Assembly (NCBI GenBank): GCA_014905635.1
Contig: JABVCE010000003.1
Span: forward strand, 1,612,001-1,676,000
DNA: 64,000 bases
Reading direction: 5' to 3'
Origin: Scenedesmus sp. PABB004
Lineage: Eukaryota
Shown here: in pieces, positions 1 through 12,796 of the stretch
Layout: each line of letters opens with the position of its first letter
How positions within the stretch are numbered: the stretch's first letter is position 1
Notes under the pieces: model-generated
Seen by the model: only the letters and a program-made list of their open reading frames with translations
What the model was told of the DNA's origin: nothing
Database searches by the model: none
Program-made: the position numbers and the translations under genes

Positions 1-541
1 TGCAGGCTGGCGGGCCGCAGCGTTGCGCGCAGCAGCGGCAGCGTGCGTGCACCAGCCTGCAGCAGCACACGGCGCGCCTCAGCTGGCTGCGGCAGCGCGT
101 CGGGGCGCGCGTGGCTCGCTGCGGCCAGCAGTGTGCGTGCGCGCAGCTGCCGGGGCGGCTGGCTGCGTCGGCGCACACCGCACACGCGCGCAGCGCCTGG
201 GCGCGCCCGCGCCGCTGCTGAGACCTGGCGCCGTGACGGTGCCGCCGCGCGCTGCGACCGCCTGATCGGGGGCGCCCGCTCCCGCGCTTGGGCAGACGCC
301 CGGCCTCCTCGCCCGCGCGCGCACGCCTCGGCTGACGGGCGCCCAGGCGTGCGCCAGGCCGCCCGCCGGCGGCATCCCCCGCCGCTGCTCCGGCCGCCGC
401 GCCCGCCCGCCGCCTCCGGCCCACGCGCCCGCGTTCCGGTGACAGCAAGCTCAGCACTCACGCCGCGTGCCTCTCCGCGGCCAGGCGCGCGCACGGCAGG
501 CCGGCGTGGACGCAGCAGCAGCGCCGCCCTCAGCAGCCGCC

Positions 542-3500
542 ATGCCGCGCTCAGGGCCGCGAGAGCGGCCGAGCGCGAGGATCACCTGCGCCTGCGGCCA
601 CTCGCCGTGCCCGATGGAGGTCGCGCTCGAGCTTCTGGCTGGCGGCGAGGCCGCCGCAGAGAGCGGCGAGCCCGCCTGCTTCTGCTGCTCTTTCGCCCCG
701 CTCGGCGATGACGTGGACCAGCTGTTCGAGTTCGTGGTTGAGTTCATGCACGGCCAGCCGCTGGGGCACGACCCGCTGGCGTTGGGGCGCACGCTGGCCG
801 GCGGCGTGGCGGCGGCGCTGCGCCTGTTCACCGCGACCTGCACCAGCAAGCCGGGCGGCTGCACGGAGCTGTGCAACCCGCAGATGCTGGGAGCGGCGAT
901 GCGGGTGGTCGCTGTTGCCTGTGAGGCGCTGACTCAGCTGATGCAGGGCACGGCGGACGCGCACAGCGGGCCCGACTGGCAGGCGTGGCTCGCCTCGGAC
1001 GCCGTCGCTGCAGGTGAGCGCGGCGGCGACTCCGCGGGCAGCTCGCGTGCGCGCGGTGCATGTTCAGTCGGCCCTGCCCCGCTGCCCCGCCGCGCCGCCG
1101 CCGCTCAGGCCTCATCCCAGCACTCGGCGCAGCGGCGCCCTGCCTGGCGGCCCTCATCCGCGCGGCTGGCGCGCAGCAGCAGGGTGGCGCCGCGGTGCCG
1201 CAGCAGGAGCTGCTCCACCCTGCGTCGCCACTGCGGCTGGTGCCGCTGGGCCCCGGCCTGCTTGCAGCGGTGTACGTGGCGGCCTTGTGGGGCATGGTGT
1301 CAATACTGCGGTGCAGCCTCAAACGCATGCCAGGCGTGCTCCCTGCCCTGCTCGGCTCGCTGGACAGGCTTCTGGCATCAACGCTGCCGCCAGTCGCAGA
1401 CCTGGTGCTGGCAGCGCTGCACGCGTGGGAGAGCAGGCCCAGCGGCAGCGGCGGCGGCGGCGGCGGTGGCGGCAGAAGGGCGCAGCGGGCCAGCCGGCGC
1501 GGCGCTGCGCGCTGGCCGCACGACCTGCCCGACACGGGCAGCGACTCGTGGGGCATTACGGTTGACGCGGCCGGGGGCGTCGGCCAGGCCACCTGCAGCT
1601 TTTTGAGCGAGCTGGCCAGCCCTGCGCTTGGCGTCGGCGCGGCAAGCGACTGTGCGCCAGGCCTGCCGCTCGCGCTGCTGCAGCAGCTGGCGTCCGCGCC
1701 CAGCGTGCTGGCGTGCGCGTGCGCCTTTCTCGGGATCGCCGCCCGAGCCCTGCACGTGCTCCAGCGCGGCATGGCTGGCTGGCCGGCGGGGGGCGGCGCC
1801 GGCGCGCTGGCGGTGCCGGCCTGGCACGATGAGCTGTTTGCCGCGCTGGGCCTGCCCGCGCTGATCCACATCACGCGCGTGAACAATGACAGCGGCTGCG
1901 AGGCGTTCAGGCAGCGCGGCATCAACGTGTTCGCGCTCAACGGCGTCACCACTGTGTTGCGCCTGACGGCGGCGGCAGCGGAGCAGCCAGGCGGCGCCGG
2001 CGCCAGGACCGCCGCCAGCGGCCAGGGCGAGGCAGCGGCAGCGCTGCGGGGCCCGCTGATGCTGGCGGCGGCGCAGCTGCTGGCGCTCAAGCCGGAGCTG
2101 ACCCTGGTGGCGCCCTGCACAGCGCTGCTGGGCGCGCTGTCACCTGCCGGCGCCCCGCCAGACGCGGCAGCCAGCGAGGCGGCGAGCAGAGCCTTCCGGC
2201 TGCTGGGCCCGGCGGCCGCCCACGCGCTGCGCAGCGGGCTGGAGCAGCTGACGTCGGCTGTGCAGGGCAGAGCCGACTCAGGCCTGGTGCTGGCGCACGT
2301 GCAGAGGCAGCTGGGCAGCCTGGCCAGCGATGTGCTGCGCGCGCTGAACGCAGGTGAGGGCGCGCACGCACAAACGCGCCAGGGCAGCTTGCCAGCAGTG
2401 TGACTCCTGAGCCGCCGCCGCCCCACCCCCGCCGCCCCGCCCTGCTGCAGGCGGGCCCGACAGCCTGGCAGGCGCGCTGCAGGGTGACGTGGCGCTCGTG
2501 GGCCCCAGCCTGGAGGCGCTGGTGAGGGCTGTGCAGGTGGGCGCGCTGGCGGCGCAGGGCGACACCGAGGAGCAGGACACAGCTTTCGACTGGCTCTGCG
2601 AGTCGCATGGTGCGTTTTCCGACACGCAACTGGAGGCCATCGCCAGCGTCGCTGTTGCGCACCCGGAGCGGACTGGGCCAGCGGCGGCAGCGGCGGAGGA
2701 GCAGCTGTGTGGGGCGCTGTCGGTCGTGCACGCCGCTGCCCAGGCGGCGGCGCCACCGCCTGGCAGCGCAGCCGGGCGCAGCGCGAGCACTTCCCAGGAG
2801 CAGCTCGCGCTGCTGGCGCTGCTGTTGTGCGCGCTGAAGTGCTCGGCCAGCGCCTTCAACCGGCTGGACGCCCCGCAGGGCGCTGCGTGCAGCGCGCGCG
2901 TCGCGCTCGGCGCGGCTGCAGCCGCGCGCGCTGGTGCGGCGCTGGCGTGTGCGGCGGGGGCGGCGCCGCAGCAGGGTCACAGCGCCGCCAGCAGCAGCAC
3001 CGCGAGCAGCAGCAGCCGTCGCAGCGGGGCCAAGGCCGACGCCCTGGGCGCGGAGAGCCTGCAGCAGCTGGCGGCGGTGCTGGTGGGGCGCGCCCTGCTG
3101 GTCGCTGGCGCGCAGCTGCAGCGCGCAGCTGCCGGCGCGATCGGCAGCGGCGCCCCCGCGCCGCCGCCGTTCGAGCCAGCGGCCCTGGAGGAGTGCAGCG
3201 CTGCCGCCGCACGCCTGCTGCAGGCGGCGCCGGGCCTGCCGCGGCGCGCGCGTGCCGCGCTGGAGGCAGCGCAGAGCGAGCTGGGCGGCGTGGGCGAGCC
3301 GACGGGGCAGCCAGCCGGCGCGGCAGGCCAGGCGGCGGCGCTGCAGCGGCTGGGGCAGGCGCTGTGCGCTGAGTGCGTGCTGCCCTCCCTGGCCGACTGC
3401 AACAACCCCACCTGCACCTCGATGGGGAGCATGGGCAAGGGCTCGCGCTGCAGCGGCTGCAAGGCCGCCCGCTACTGCTGCAAGGAGGTGCGGCGCCTGC

Positions 3501-3635
3501 GGGCGGGGGCCCAGCGCAGCTCAGCGCCTGCACCGCTGCTGACGCGCGCGCTGCGCCGCCACCTGCTCGCAGTGTCAGACCGCGCACTGGCCGCAGCACA
3601 AGGCGGCGTGCAAGCGGCTGAGCCGGGCGGGCTGA
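542..3635 (+). CDS. MYND-type zinc finger protein, copy 1 (4 exons: 542-1013, 1109-2353, 2451-3487, 3573-3635)
   Basis: GT-AG introns join the frames cleanly. Spliced C-terminus is CNNPTC...CSGCKAARYCCKE|CQTAHWPQHKAAC, a MYND finger. Long Ala/Leu-rich helical N-terminal region. Paralog at 31462-34540 has the same intron positions. Confidence 0.8.
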
Positions 3636-3775
3636 CGGAGCGGCGGCGAGGTGCAGGTTGACGAGTTGCTGAGCCGCGTGTTGCTGCTTTGCGCGTTGGC
3701 CGCGGCTGCCGCTGGCAACACAGGCCCACCGCCGCGTGCGCTGCCACGTCAGAGCAGCCTTTCCAGGGGCTTGGT

Positions 3776-3791
3776 GGTGTTGAAAAACACC
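3776..3791 (-). terminator. Histone mRNA 3' stem-loop (H4 copy 1)
   Basis: Minus strand GGTGTT-TTTC-AACACC, 6-bp stem and 4-nt loop, ~120 nt after the H4 stop. GGAAAG at 3759-3764 (-). Confidence 0.92.
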
Positions 3792-3908
3792 ATTTTGGGG
3801 GTTGGCCGCCGGCACAGCGCCGGCGCCACCGGCTGCAGGCTTGGGCAGCAGCCGCGCAGGCGCCGGGCCGGCCAGCGCGCACGCGGCGGTCGCTGGTGGG
3901 CGATCCGC

Positions 3909-4906
<998 letters not shown>

Positions 4907-5047
4907 GCAGCAGCCGCCACCACCGGCGCTGGCCCGCGCGTGCGCCCGGCGCCGGCCCGCTGACCGCGGCGGCGACGGCGGCAGGGCCCAGCACGGGCGC
5001 TGCTGCCGTCTGTCGGCGCGCTGTCGGCGGCCACCGGCGCCTGGCAG

Positions 5048-5326
5048 CAACCCCCAAAATGGTGTTTTTCAACACCACCAAGCCCCCGGAAAGGCTCCCT
5101 GACGCCCGGCAGCGCGCGCGGCGGTGGGCCTGTGTTGCCAGCGGCAGCCGCGGCCAACGCGCAAAGCAGCAACACGCGGCTCAGCAACTCGCCAACCTGC
5201 ACCTCGCCGCCGCTCCGTCAGCCCGCCCGGCTCAGCCGCTTGCTCGCTGCCTTGTGCTGCGGCCAGTGCGCGGCCTGGCACTGCGAGCAGGCGGCGGCGC
5301 AGCGCACGCGTCAGCAGCGGTGCAGG
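5048..5326 (-). repeat. Inverted copy of 3527-3804 (MYND last intron, last exon and 3' flank); orphan MYND 3' fragment
   Basis: Reverse complement aligns to 3527-3804 and encodes a last-exon-like CQAAHWPQHKAASKRLSRAG* with no upstream exons. Confidence 0.85.
5061..5076 (+). terminator. Histone mRNA 3' stem-loop (H3 copy 1)
   Basis: GGTGTTTTTCAACACC followed by ACCA. GGAAAG at 5088-5093. Confidence 0.92.
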
Positions 5327-5450
5327 TTCTGCCCTCGCCCGCAGCGGACGCCCGCCGCACCTGCGTACAAGCAATCACCTCCCATTGCGCTCTGCCGCCG
5401 CACCCTCAGCCGCGCTGCCCCGCGTCTGCTGTCGCTCACGCGCGCCGTGT

Positions 5451-5862
5451 GCGGCGGCGCAGGGCTCAACGCGCCCGCGCGCGCGCGCTCGGCGGCCGTG
5501 TCCTCCCCGCCGCTGCAGGGGTGCGCCGTCACAGCGCCCGCTCGCCGCCCCAGGCGCGTACCCGCGCCCGCACGGCCCGCCGGCACCGCCCCTCACGGCG
5601 CCAGCCCGCAGCAGCAGCACCGCCCCGGCCCCCTGCGGTCACCTGTTGGTGGGTGGAGCAGGCAGGGGGCTGGAGCGGCGTGCTTAGAGACCGGAACGAG
5701 CGTGGCGGTGGCGAGACGCGGCCCGGGTGAGGCGCGGCGGGGCCGGGATGCGAGCGAGAGCAGCAGCACCCGCCCACCCGCTCGCCGGGCGGGCGCCGTG
5801 GCGAGCAAGGCCCGCCACCGCCCGCAGACCCACCTGATCAGCGCCCGAGCGGCCGGGCGCTC
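5451..5862 (+). repeat. Dispersed gene-upstream repeat, copy A
   Basis: Shares blocks such as gcagggctca..cggccgtgtcctcc..cgctgcaggg, tagagaccgga and cccgcagacccacctgatcagcgcc with 10440-10935, 21141-21609 and 28852-29180. Confidence 0.85.
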
Positions 5863-5963
5863 CGTGGCGCTCACGGCGCCGGCGGCGCCGCGCACAGCTG
5901 GGGCAGCGGGGCGGCGCGGCCGCTGGCGGCGCGCCGGCAGCTGGCGCCGCTGCCGGCCCCGGC

Positions 5964-6504
5964 ATGGCCGACTACGAGCAGCTCCCGGGGCTTGACGCCG
6001 CCGCGCCAAAGCCGCAGCGCCTGCGCCGCTGCGCGTGCCTGCTGCGCGCCGTGGGCGCCTGCCTGCTGCTCGGTGCGCGCGCGCGCCGCCGCCGCCCGCC
6101 GGGGCCGCGGGGCAGCGCGCACGTGGCACGCGCGGCGCGGGCCGCGACCCGCCCCTGCCGCCGCGCGCGCGCCGCGACCCGCCCCCGGCGCCGCAGGCGG
6201 CTTCCTCGCGACGAGCCTCACGCTCGGGCGGCGCGACACGCTGCGCGACGTGCTGACCTGGGTGCACATGCACAGCGTCGGCGGGGGCGTCATCTTCGTC
6301 CTCATATACGTCTTGTTCTCGGTCCTGCTGCTGCCCGCCGCGCTGCTCGCGGCCGCGGCGGGCGCGATCTGGGGCTTTGGCCGCGCGCTCGGCGTCGTCT
6401 GGCTCGGCGCGGTCGCCGGTGAGCGCGCGCAGCCGCGGCGGCGCGGCGGCGCGGCACGGCGCGTGGCCCGCCCCCGCCGCCGTGCGCACGCGCGCGGCCG
6501 CCAC

Positions 6505-6550
<46 letters not shown>

Positions 6551-7589
6551 GCCGCGCGCGCAGGCGAGACCGCCGCGTTTGTGCTGGGGCGCTTCCTGCT
6601 GCGCCGCTGGGTGTCGGCGCTCACCGCCGACTGGCCGCTCTGGGCGGCGGTCAACGCCGCGCTGCGCGTGGACGGGTGGAAGCTGGTCGCGCTGCTGCGC
6701 CTCTCGCCGCTCATCCCCTTTGGCCTGCTCAACTATGCGCTCGGCGCGAGCAGCATCCGCGTGCGCGCCGGCGGGGCGACGCGGGGCGGCCGCGCGGTGG
6801 CGGGCGGGGCGGGAGGCGCAGGGCGGCGCAGGGCGGCGCGCGCCGGCCCGGCCCGCCGCCCACACACCGCCCGCCGCTCACAGCTGCCGCCAATCACCTG
6901 CCCCCCCCCCCCCCCCACACACACACGCACGCGCGCGCACGCCAGTTTGCTCACTACCTCGGCCCCTCCCTCGTGTGCATCCTGCCCGGCCTCGCCGTCT
7001 TCATATGGGCCGGCAGCCTCGCGGTCGACCTCGGCGACGCAATGAGCGGCGGCCTCGCCGCGCCGCCCGCGGGTGCGCCGCGCGCGCCGCCCCTGCAGCC
7101 ACGCCGCCGCCGCCGCCGCGCGCGCCGCCGCCGCCGCCGCGGCCGCCGTGCCAACCTCTCACCCCCCCCCCCCTCGCACCTCTTCGAACCTCTCCCTCTC
7201 CCTCCCCAGCCAAGGTGGCCATCATCACCGTGTGCGCGCTGTCCGCGGTCGGCGCGCTCGTGGCGTCGACGGTCTACACGCGCCGCGCGCTCGAGGCGCG
7301 CCTGGCCCAGGTCGGCGTGTCGGAGGGCCTGCGCGTGACGGCGACTCGCAGCGCGCGCGTGCCCGGCGCGGCCGAGGGCGGCGTGGTGGTGTCGGTGGAG
7401 GAGCTGGTCCTGACCGCACACGACCGGCGGGCCAGCAGCAGCAGCGCAAGCAGCGGGGGCGGCGCCGGCGAGGCGCCCGCACGGGGCGCGGCGGCGGGCG
7501 GCTGGCGCGGCTGGCTGCCGCGCGGCTGGCGCGGCGGGCGGCCGCGCCTCGACCGCAGCGGCGGCGGCGGGACGGACGCGTCGCCGTGA
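5964..7589 (+). CDS. SNARE-associated Golgi / VTT (TVP38/TMEM41/DedA) family membrane protein, ~5 exons
   Basis: Exons give [45 protein letters not shown]...LLRLSPLIPFGLLNYALGAS, the VTT-domain signature. Confidence 0.85.
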
Positions 7590-7723
7590 CGCGGCGGCGG
7601 CGGTGCCCAGCGCGGGCGGGGACGTGTTGCACCGCGTTTTTGCACCGCGTGCAAATGCGCGCGATGCGGCCACGCGCACGACCGCCGCGCACGACAGGCA
7701 GGGGTCACCCGGTGACACGCCCG

Positions 7724-9224
7724 TCACCGGAAGTACATGAGGTGCTTGTTGGGCATCAGCAGCGGCGTGCGGCTCGGCACGACGTGCGCGGCCTCTGCCG
7801 CGGCCGCCGCCGCGGCGCCGCCGGCGCCCGCCGCCGCGTCGGCGTCGCGCCGCGCGTCGCGCTCGCGCCGCAGCCACGCCTCCACCACGTGCAGCAGCTT
7901 GCGCCCGCCGCCGAGCTCCGGCAGCAGGCTGCGCGGGCCGCCTGCGCGCGGCGGGCAGCCGTCGCTGAGCGCCGGCGCCGCCGCGCCGCACGTCCCGCCG
8001 CCGCGCCGCACGCGCCCGTCCCGCCTGCGCCCCGTCTCCCCGCGTCCCTCTCCCGCGGGCGCGCGCGCGCGCCCGCGCACCCTTGACGAGGCGGCCGTCC
8101 TCCATGTAGGCGACGTGCGTGACCCAGGCTTCGAGCCCGTCAAAGATGTGCGTCGCGTACACGACCGTCGCGCCGCGCGCCGCGCACTCGCGCTCGAAAA
8201 ACGCGAGCAGCTCGGCCCGGCCCAGGACGTCCATGTCGACGGTGATCTCGTCCAGCAGCAGCACCTGCATGGTCGGCGGGCGGGCGGCGCACGCGCGTGT
8301 GCGGGACGGCGGGCGGGCGTTGCAGGACGGCGCGTGTGTGCAGGGCGGCGGTCCCCTGCCTCCCTCCCTCCCTCCCTCGGACGACTCCTCCCTGCGCCCC
8401 TACATCCTCCCTGCGCCCCTACACCCCCCCCCCTGCCCCCCCCCCCCCCCTCCCCCGCACGTCATAGGGCTTGAGCAGGCCCATTGCGATCTGCACGCGC
8501 CGGCGCTGCCCGTCGCTCATCGTGGTGAGGCGCTGGTACAAGTCAATGTCCAGCAGGCCCACCAGCTCCGCGCGCCGCGCCGGGTCGACGCCCTCGACGC
8601 CAAAGATCATCTTGCCCGCCGTGATGTCGCCCTGCGCGGCGGCAGTCCGGCACGTCGGCGTGCGCGCAGCGGCGCGCGGCGGCGCGGGCTGCGGCGCGCG
8701 CGGGCTGCGCCGCAGCGGCGCGCGGCCGCGCCTGCAGCGGCACGCCGTAGCCCGCGAACGCGACGTCCTTGCGCCACGAGGTGCCCAGGTAGCTCAGCTG
8801 CCCGCTGCACGTGAGGTCCTGCGCGCGCAGCGGCGGCGGGGCAGGCGTCGGCAGCGGTCGGCTCGCTGCCAGCGCCGCCAGCCGCACGCTGGCCTGGCCG
8901 CGCCCTCGCGCCCGCCGCCGCCCCGCGCCGCCCGCGGGGGCGCACCGTGTTGTAGAAGGGCGACTCCCCAAGCACGCGGATGGCGTCGCGGGGAACCATG
9001 TACTTGCCCGCCAGCAGCTGCAGCAGCGTCGACTTGCCGGCGCCGTTGGCGCCGATCAGCAGGCACCGGCTGCCGCGCGGCAGGTCTAGGTCGACGCCCT
9101 TGATAAAGGGCGGCGCGCCGGGGTAGGTGAACTGCAGCCCCGACAGCGCCACCGCGGGCGACGGGCCGCGCCCGCCACAGGCGTCTGCTGGCGCTGCCGC
9201 CGGTGCCACGCAGGCCGTGGCCAT
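7724..9224 (-). CDS. Soluble ABC ATPase, ABCI19-21/CAF16-like, multi-exon
   Basis: Walker A GANGAGKS, signature [15 protein letters not shown], Walker [12 protein letters not shown]-loop YATHIFDG. No transmembrane domain. Confidence 0.88.
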
Positions 9225-9436
9225 GGCTGCCAGCCCTCCCCGTGGTCCTGGCGAACCGACTGAGCCGGCGCGTTGAGGGCGCGGGCGCGGGGTGCGCGCT
9301 GCGGGCCACACGATGCGCGGCAGGGCGCTGCAGCTGCGCGAGCGGAGCGTGGGCCGAGGGAGCCGAGGGACGCAATTGAACGCAGACCGGCGCAGTTCAC
9401 GCCTGCACGGCGCTGGGCCAGAACCCCGCGCGGCCG

Positions 9437-10429
9437 TCACGCCGCCACGCCGCGCCCGTCGCGCGCCGCTGGCGCCGCCTCTCGCTCGGCGGCGCCGCCG
9501 GCGTGGAAGCCGGCGTAGAACCAGGCCATGAGCAGCTCCGGCAGCGCCACCGCGGCGTCGGGCGAGCCCGCGAGCGCGGCCGCCCTGGCCGCGGCGCGCG
9601 TCGCGGCGGCCAGCGCGCCCGGGCGCGCCGCGACGTCGGACGGCGCCTGCGCGGCCAGCGCGGCCGCGAGCTCTCCGGCGCCGCGGCGCGGCGCGGCGGG
9701 CGCGGAGCCGCAGCCCCCGGCAGCGAGGGCCTCGCCGCACACGCAGCAGCGGGCTGCGCGCGGGCGGCGGCGCGGCGAGGCGCGCGCGTGAGCCAGCCGC
9801 AGCGCAGCGCCCGCGGGGTCCCGCGCGGCGCGTGCCGGCACCCCCGCACCTGCTTGCCCGTGGCCGCAAGGAATGAAGGCCGGCGGCAGGGGTGGCGGCG
9901 GCGGCGGCGGCGGCGGCGGCATCGCGCGCTGCCAGGCCCGCCAGTCGCGGCCCGCCACCGCGCCGCACGCGTGCTGCTGCTGCCAAGGCTGCTGCTGCTG
10001 CCAAGGCTGCCCGGCCGGCCAGGGAGGCGCCGCCAGCTGCGGTGCGTGCTCCGGCCCCTGCGGGCACGCCACCGGCTCGCGCTGCGCCGACTCGCCGGCG
10101 GCGCCGTTGCTGCGCGCCACGCTCGCCTGCGGCGGCTGCTGTAAAGGGCGCTGCGCGAGCTGCGGCGGCGCCGTCCGCCCGCTGGCAACGGGCTGCTGCT
10201 CGCACGGCGCCCGACCGCTGATCCCGGGCGCCTCGCAGCCCTCAAGTTGCCTGCATACGGCGCGGCAGGGGTCGGTCAGCGCTCTGGCCGACGCCCGAGG
10301 CAGCAGGGCTGCTGCCGCCGCGCACCCCAGTGCCGCCAGGTCGTTGTAGGTGGGCGCCTGACCATGCGCTGTCTGGTACGACGCCAGGGCCGCGACGAAG
10401 GCCCGCGTGATGGGGTCGCCCGCCGCCAT
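9437..10429 (-). CDS. SMN: Survival motor neuron (SMN)-like protein, probably intron-containing
   Basis: N-terminal DPITRAFVAALASYQTAH resembles the Gemin2-binding helix. Central poly-Pro. C-terminal LPELLMAWFYAGFHAG resembles the YG-box. Confidence 0.65.
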   Translation of the reverse strand: MAAGDPITRAFVAALASYQTAHGQAPTYNDLAALGCAAAAALLPRASARALTDPCRAVCRQLEGCEAPGISGRAPCEQQPVASGRTAPPQLAQRPLQQPPQASVARSNGAAGESAQREPVACPQGPEHAPQLAAPPWPAGQPWQQQQPWQQQHACGAVAGRDWRAWQRAMPPPPPPPPPPLPPAFIPCGHGQAGAGVPARAARDPAGAALRLAHARASPRRRPRAARCCVCGEALAAGGCGSAPAAPRRGAGELAAALAAQAPSDVAARPGALAAATRAAARAAALAGSPDAAVALPELLMAWFYAGFHAGGAAEREAAPAARDGRGVAA

Positions 10430-10439
10430 CACGCCGGCG

Positions 10440-10935
10440 GCCGCTGCTGCTGCCGCCGCCGCCGCCGCAGCTGCGCGCCGCTCCGGCTCGCGCCCGGCGC
10501 TGCTCAGGCGCTGATCAGGTGGGTCTGCGGGCATTGGCGGGCCTTGCTCGCCACGGCGCACGCCCGGCGAGCGGGTTGGCGGTGCTGCTGCTGTCGCTCG
10601 CATCCCACCCCGCCCCGCCTTACCGAAGCCGCGCCTCGCCGCCGCGCCGCTGCCTCCGGTCTCTACGCACGCCGCTCCAGCCCCCTGCCTGCTCCGCCCA
10701 CCAGTAGGTGCCTGCAGGCGCCGGGGCGGTGCTGCTGCTGCGAGCTCGCGGCGCCGCGTGCGCCGTGTGCGGGGCGGTGCTGGCGGGCCGTGCGGGCGCG
10801 CGTGCGCGGCTGGGGCAGCGAGCGGGCGCTGTGGCGGCGGGCCCCTGCAGCGGCGGGGAGGGCTGAGCCGGCCGCCGAGCGCGCGGGAGGGCGCGCGGCG
10901 CGCTGGCGGGCGGGCGGCGCGCTGAGCCCTGCGCC
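10440..10935 (-). repeat. Dispersed gene-upstream repeat, copy B
   Basis: Reverse complement is nearly colinear with 21141-21609. Confidence 0.88.
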
Positions 10936-11756
10936 GGCGTGTCGGGCGCCGTGTTAACGCGCTTGGGGGGGTCCTCGCAGGCTGCGGCAGTGCCCTGCTC
11001 TCGCGATTTCAGCGGAGCCGTGATGAAGCCTAGCATACACCACACTGCGCAGCCCGAGCGGCGCGCGGATCCCCTGCTGCTGCTCCTGGCGGCGCGGCGC
11101 CGGGCCTAGCTCTACGGCAGCGGCAGCACCGCCACGCTGCTGCTGCTGCGCTGGGGCGGCGCGCGCCCACACACTGGCGTGGGCGCGCGCGCCCCGCGCG
11201 CTAGGCTGGGCACCACGACCCACAAGCACCAGCTGCGACCGCCCGCCGCCGACCGCCGCACGCGAGCAGAGAGAGAAATCACGCGCCCGCACGGCTCTTC
11301 GCCCCCCGCGCTCGATGTGGGGGCGCGCGCCGACCGACTGCGTTGATGGCAGGAGCGGCGCTCTAGACTGCCATTGATTGCTGCCGCCACCGCATTCGGC
11401 ATCATCAAATGGGAGCGAGGGACGCCAGCCAGCAAAAAGCACGCGACCCGCGCGCCGCGGCTGCGTGCGCACGACATGCGCGCCGCCCGCCGCCGCCGCC
11501 GCCGCCGCCGTGCGGCTGGCTGGCCGCGCCCAGAGGAGCCTCTCGCGTGCGCACAGCGCGCGCCGGGCAGCGAGCCGCCACGCTGCTGCTGCCGCCACGT
11601 GCTGGCGCGGCGCAGGCGTCGCCGAGACTCTGGGCGCCCCGCGCCGCACGCGCCGCTCGTCGGCGGCGCGACACACGGCGCCCCCGCGACTTCCCCGGAC
11701 CTCCGTGCCGCCACCGGCCCCGTTCCCCGTTCCCCACCGCCCGCCGCCCTGGCCCG

Positions 11757-11803
11757 CGAGAGAGAGAGAGAGACAAAGGAGAGAGAGAGAGCGCGCGCGC
11801 GCG
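11757..11803. repeat. (GA)n/(GC)n microsatellite
   Basis: gagagagagagagagacaaaggagagagagagagcgcgcgcgcgc seen directly. Confidence 0.8.
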
Positions 11804-12796
11804 CCTGACGCGCGGCGCCGCCCCCGCGTGCGTGCGCGCGCCGTGCCGTGTGCGCCGCCGCCAGCGTCCCCGGTCATGCGTGCACGCCGGCGGCGGCGGG
11901 CGGTGCGCTGCTGGGGCCCCTCGCGGCGCCCCGTGTGCGCCCGCCGCGCCGCGCCGCGCCGTGCCGCGTCCCCGCCCCCCTCTGGCGCGCGGCATGCAAC
12001 TCATGGGCAGCCGGACTGCCCACACCTCGCAGCCGCGGCCGCCTCGCCCACACACCCCCGCCGCGCGCTGCAGCCGGCGCGCGCGCGCCCGCGAGGCGCC
12101 CGCGAGGCGCGCGCGCGCACGGCTGGGCCGCCGGCGGGCGCTCCCGTCTGTCTGTCGTGTGCGCCGCCGCCGTCGCTGCGGCAGGGCGGCGCCGCGGGCC
12201 GCCGCCCGGGGGCGGCGGCCGCGCGGCCGCGGACGCCCCCGCGGCGCCGCCGATCCGACCCAGGTGCCAGCGCCCGACAGCGGGCGCATCGTTCCTGCGG
12301 CGCACGCGCGGCGCCGCCGCCCGCCACAGCCGCGCCCGCGTGCGCGGGGCGTGCTGCGGCGCGCGCGCGGGCGCCGGCGCGGCGCCGTCTCGGCTCGTTT
12401 GTGCCGGCGCGCGCGGCGCCGCCAGCGGTCGTCATCGTCAGAGTCGGGCCCCATGCCCCTGGTCAAGCGTGCCGCTGCTCGCGGCGCCCACACCCACGTG
12501 CGCGCCGCCGCCGCGCAGCACGCAGCCCGGCGGCGCCGGCGCAAGGCGCGCCGCGCCGCCCGCTCCCCCGGTCACAGCGGCAAAGAGCAAGCCGGCAAGA
12601 GAGAGACCGGGGCCCGGCGGCCGGGGCGCCGCCGGCGGCCCCGGCGCCGGCCCCCGCGGCGGGCCCGCCCGCGGCGCAGCGCGCGCGCGCGCGCGCGCGA
12701 GCCGGCCCGCCGCCCAAAATGCGCCCTCACAGGAGGTCATGCGCCCGCCGGTGAGCCCCTAGCTACGCCCCCGCGCGCGTCGGCGCCGCGCCGGCG

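Larger units (their letters stand above)
1..3804 (+). repeat. Direct segmental duplication of 30879-34710 (H2B downstream flank, MYND gene, histone stem-loop)
   Basis: Position 1 (tgcaggctggcgggccgcagcg) matches 30879. Similarity continues through the MYND gene to the stem-loop. Confidence 0.9.

Noticed and set aside
5059..5730. Recurrent ORF starts MVFFNTT / MVVLKNTILG as a conserved micropeptide
   Set aside because: They are just translations of the stem-loop motif, and downstream frames are not conserved among copies.
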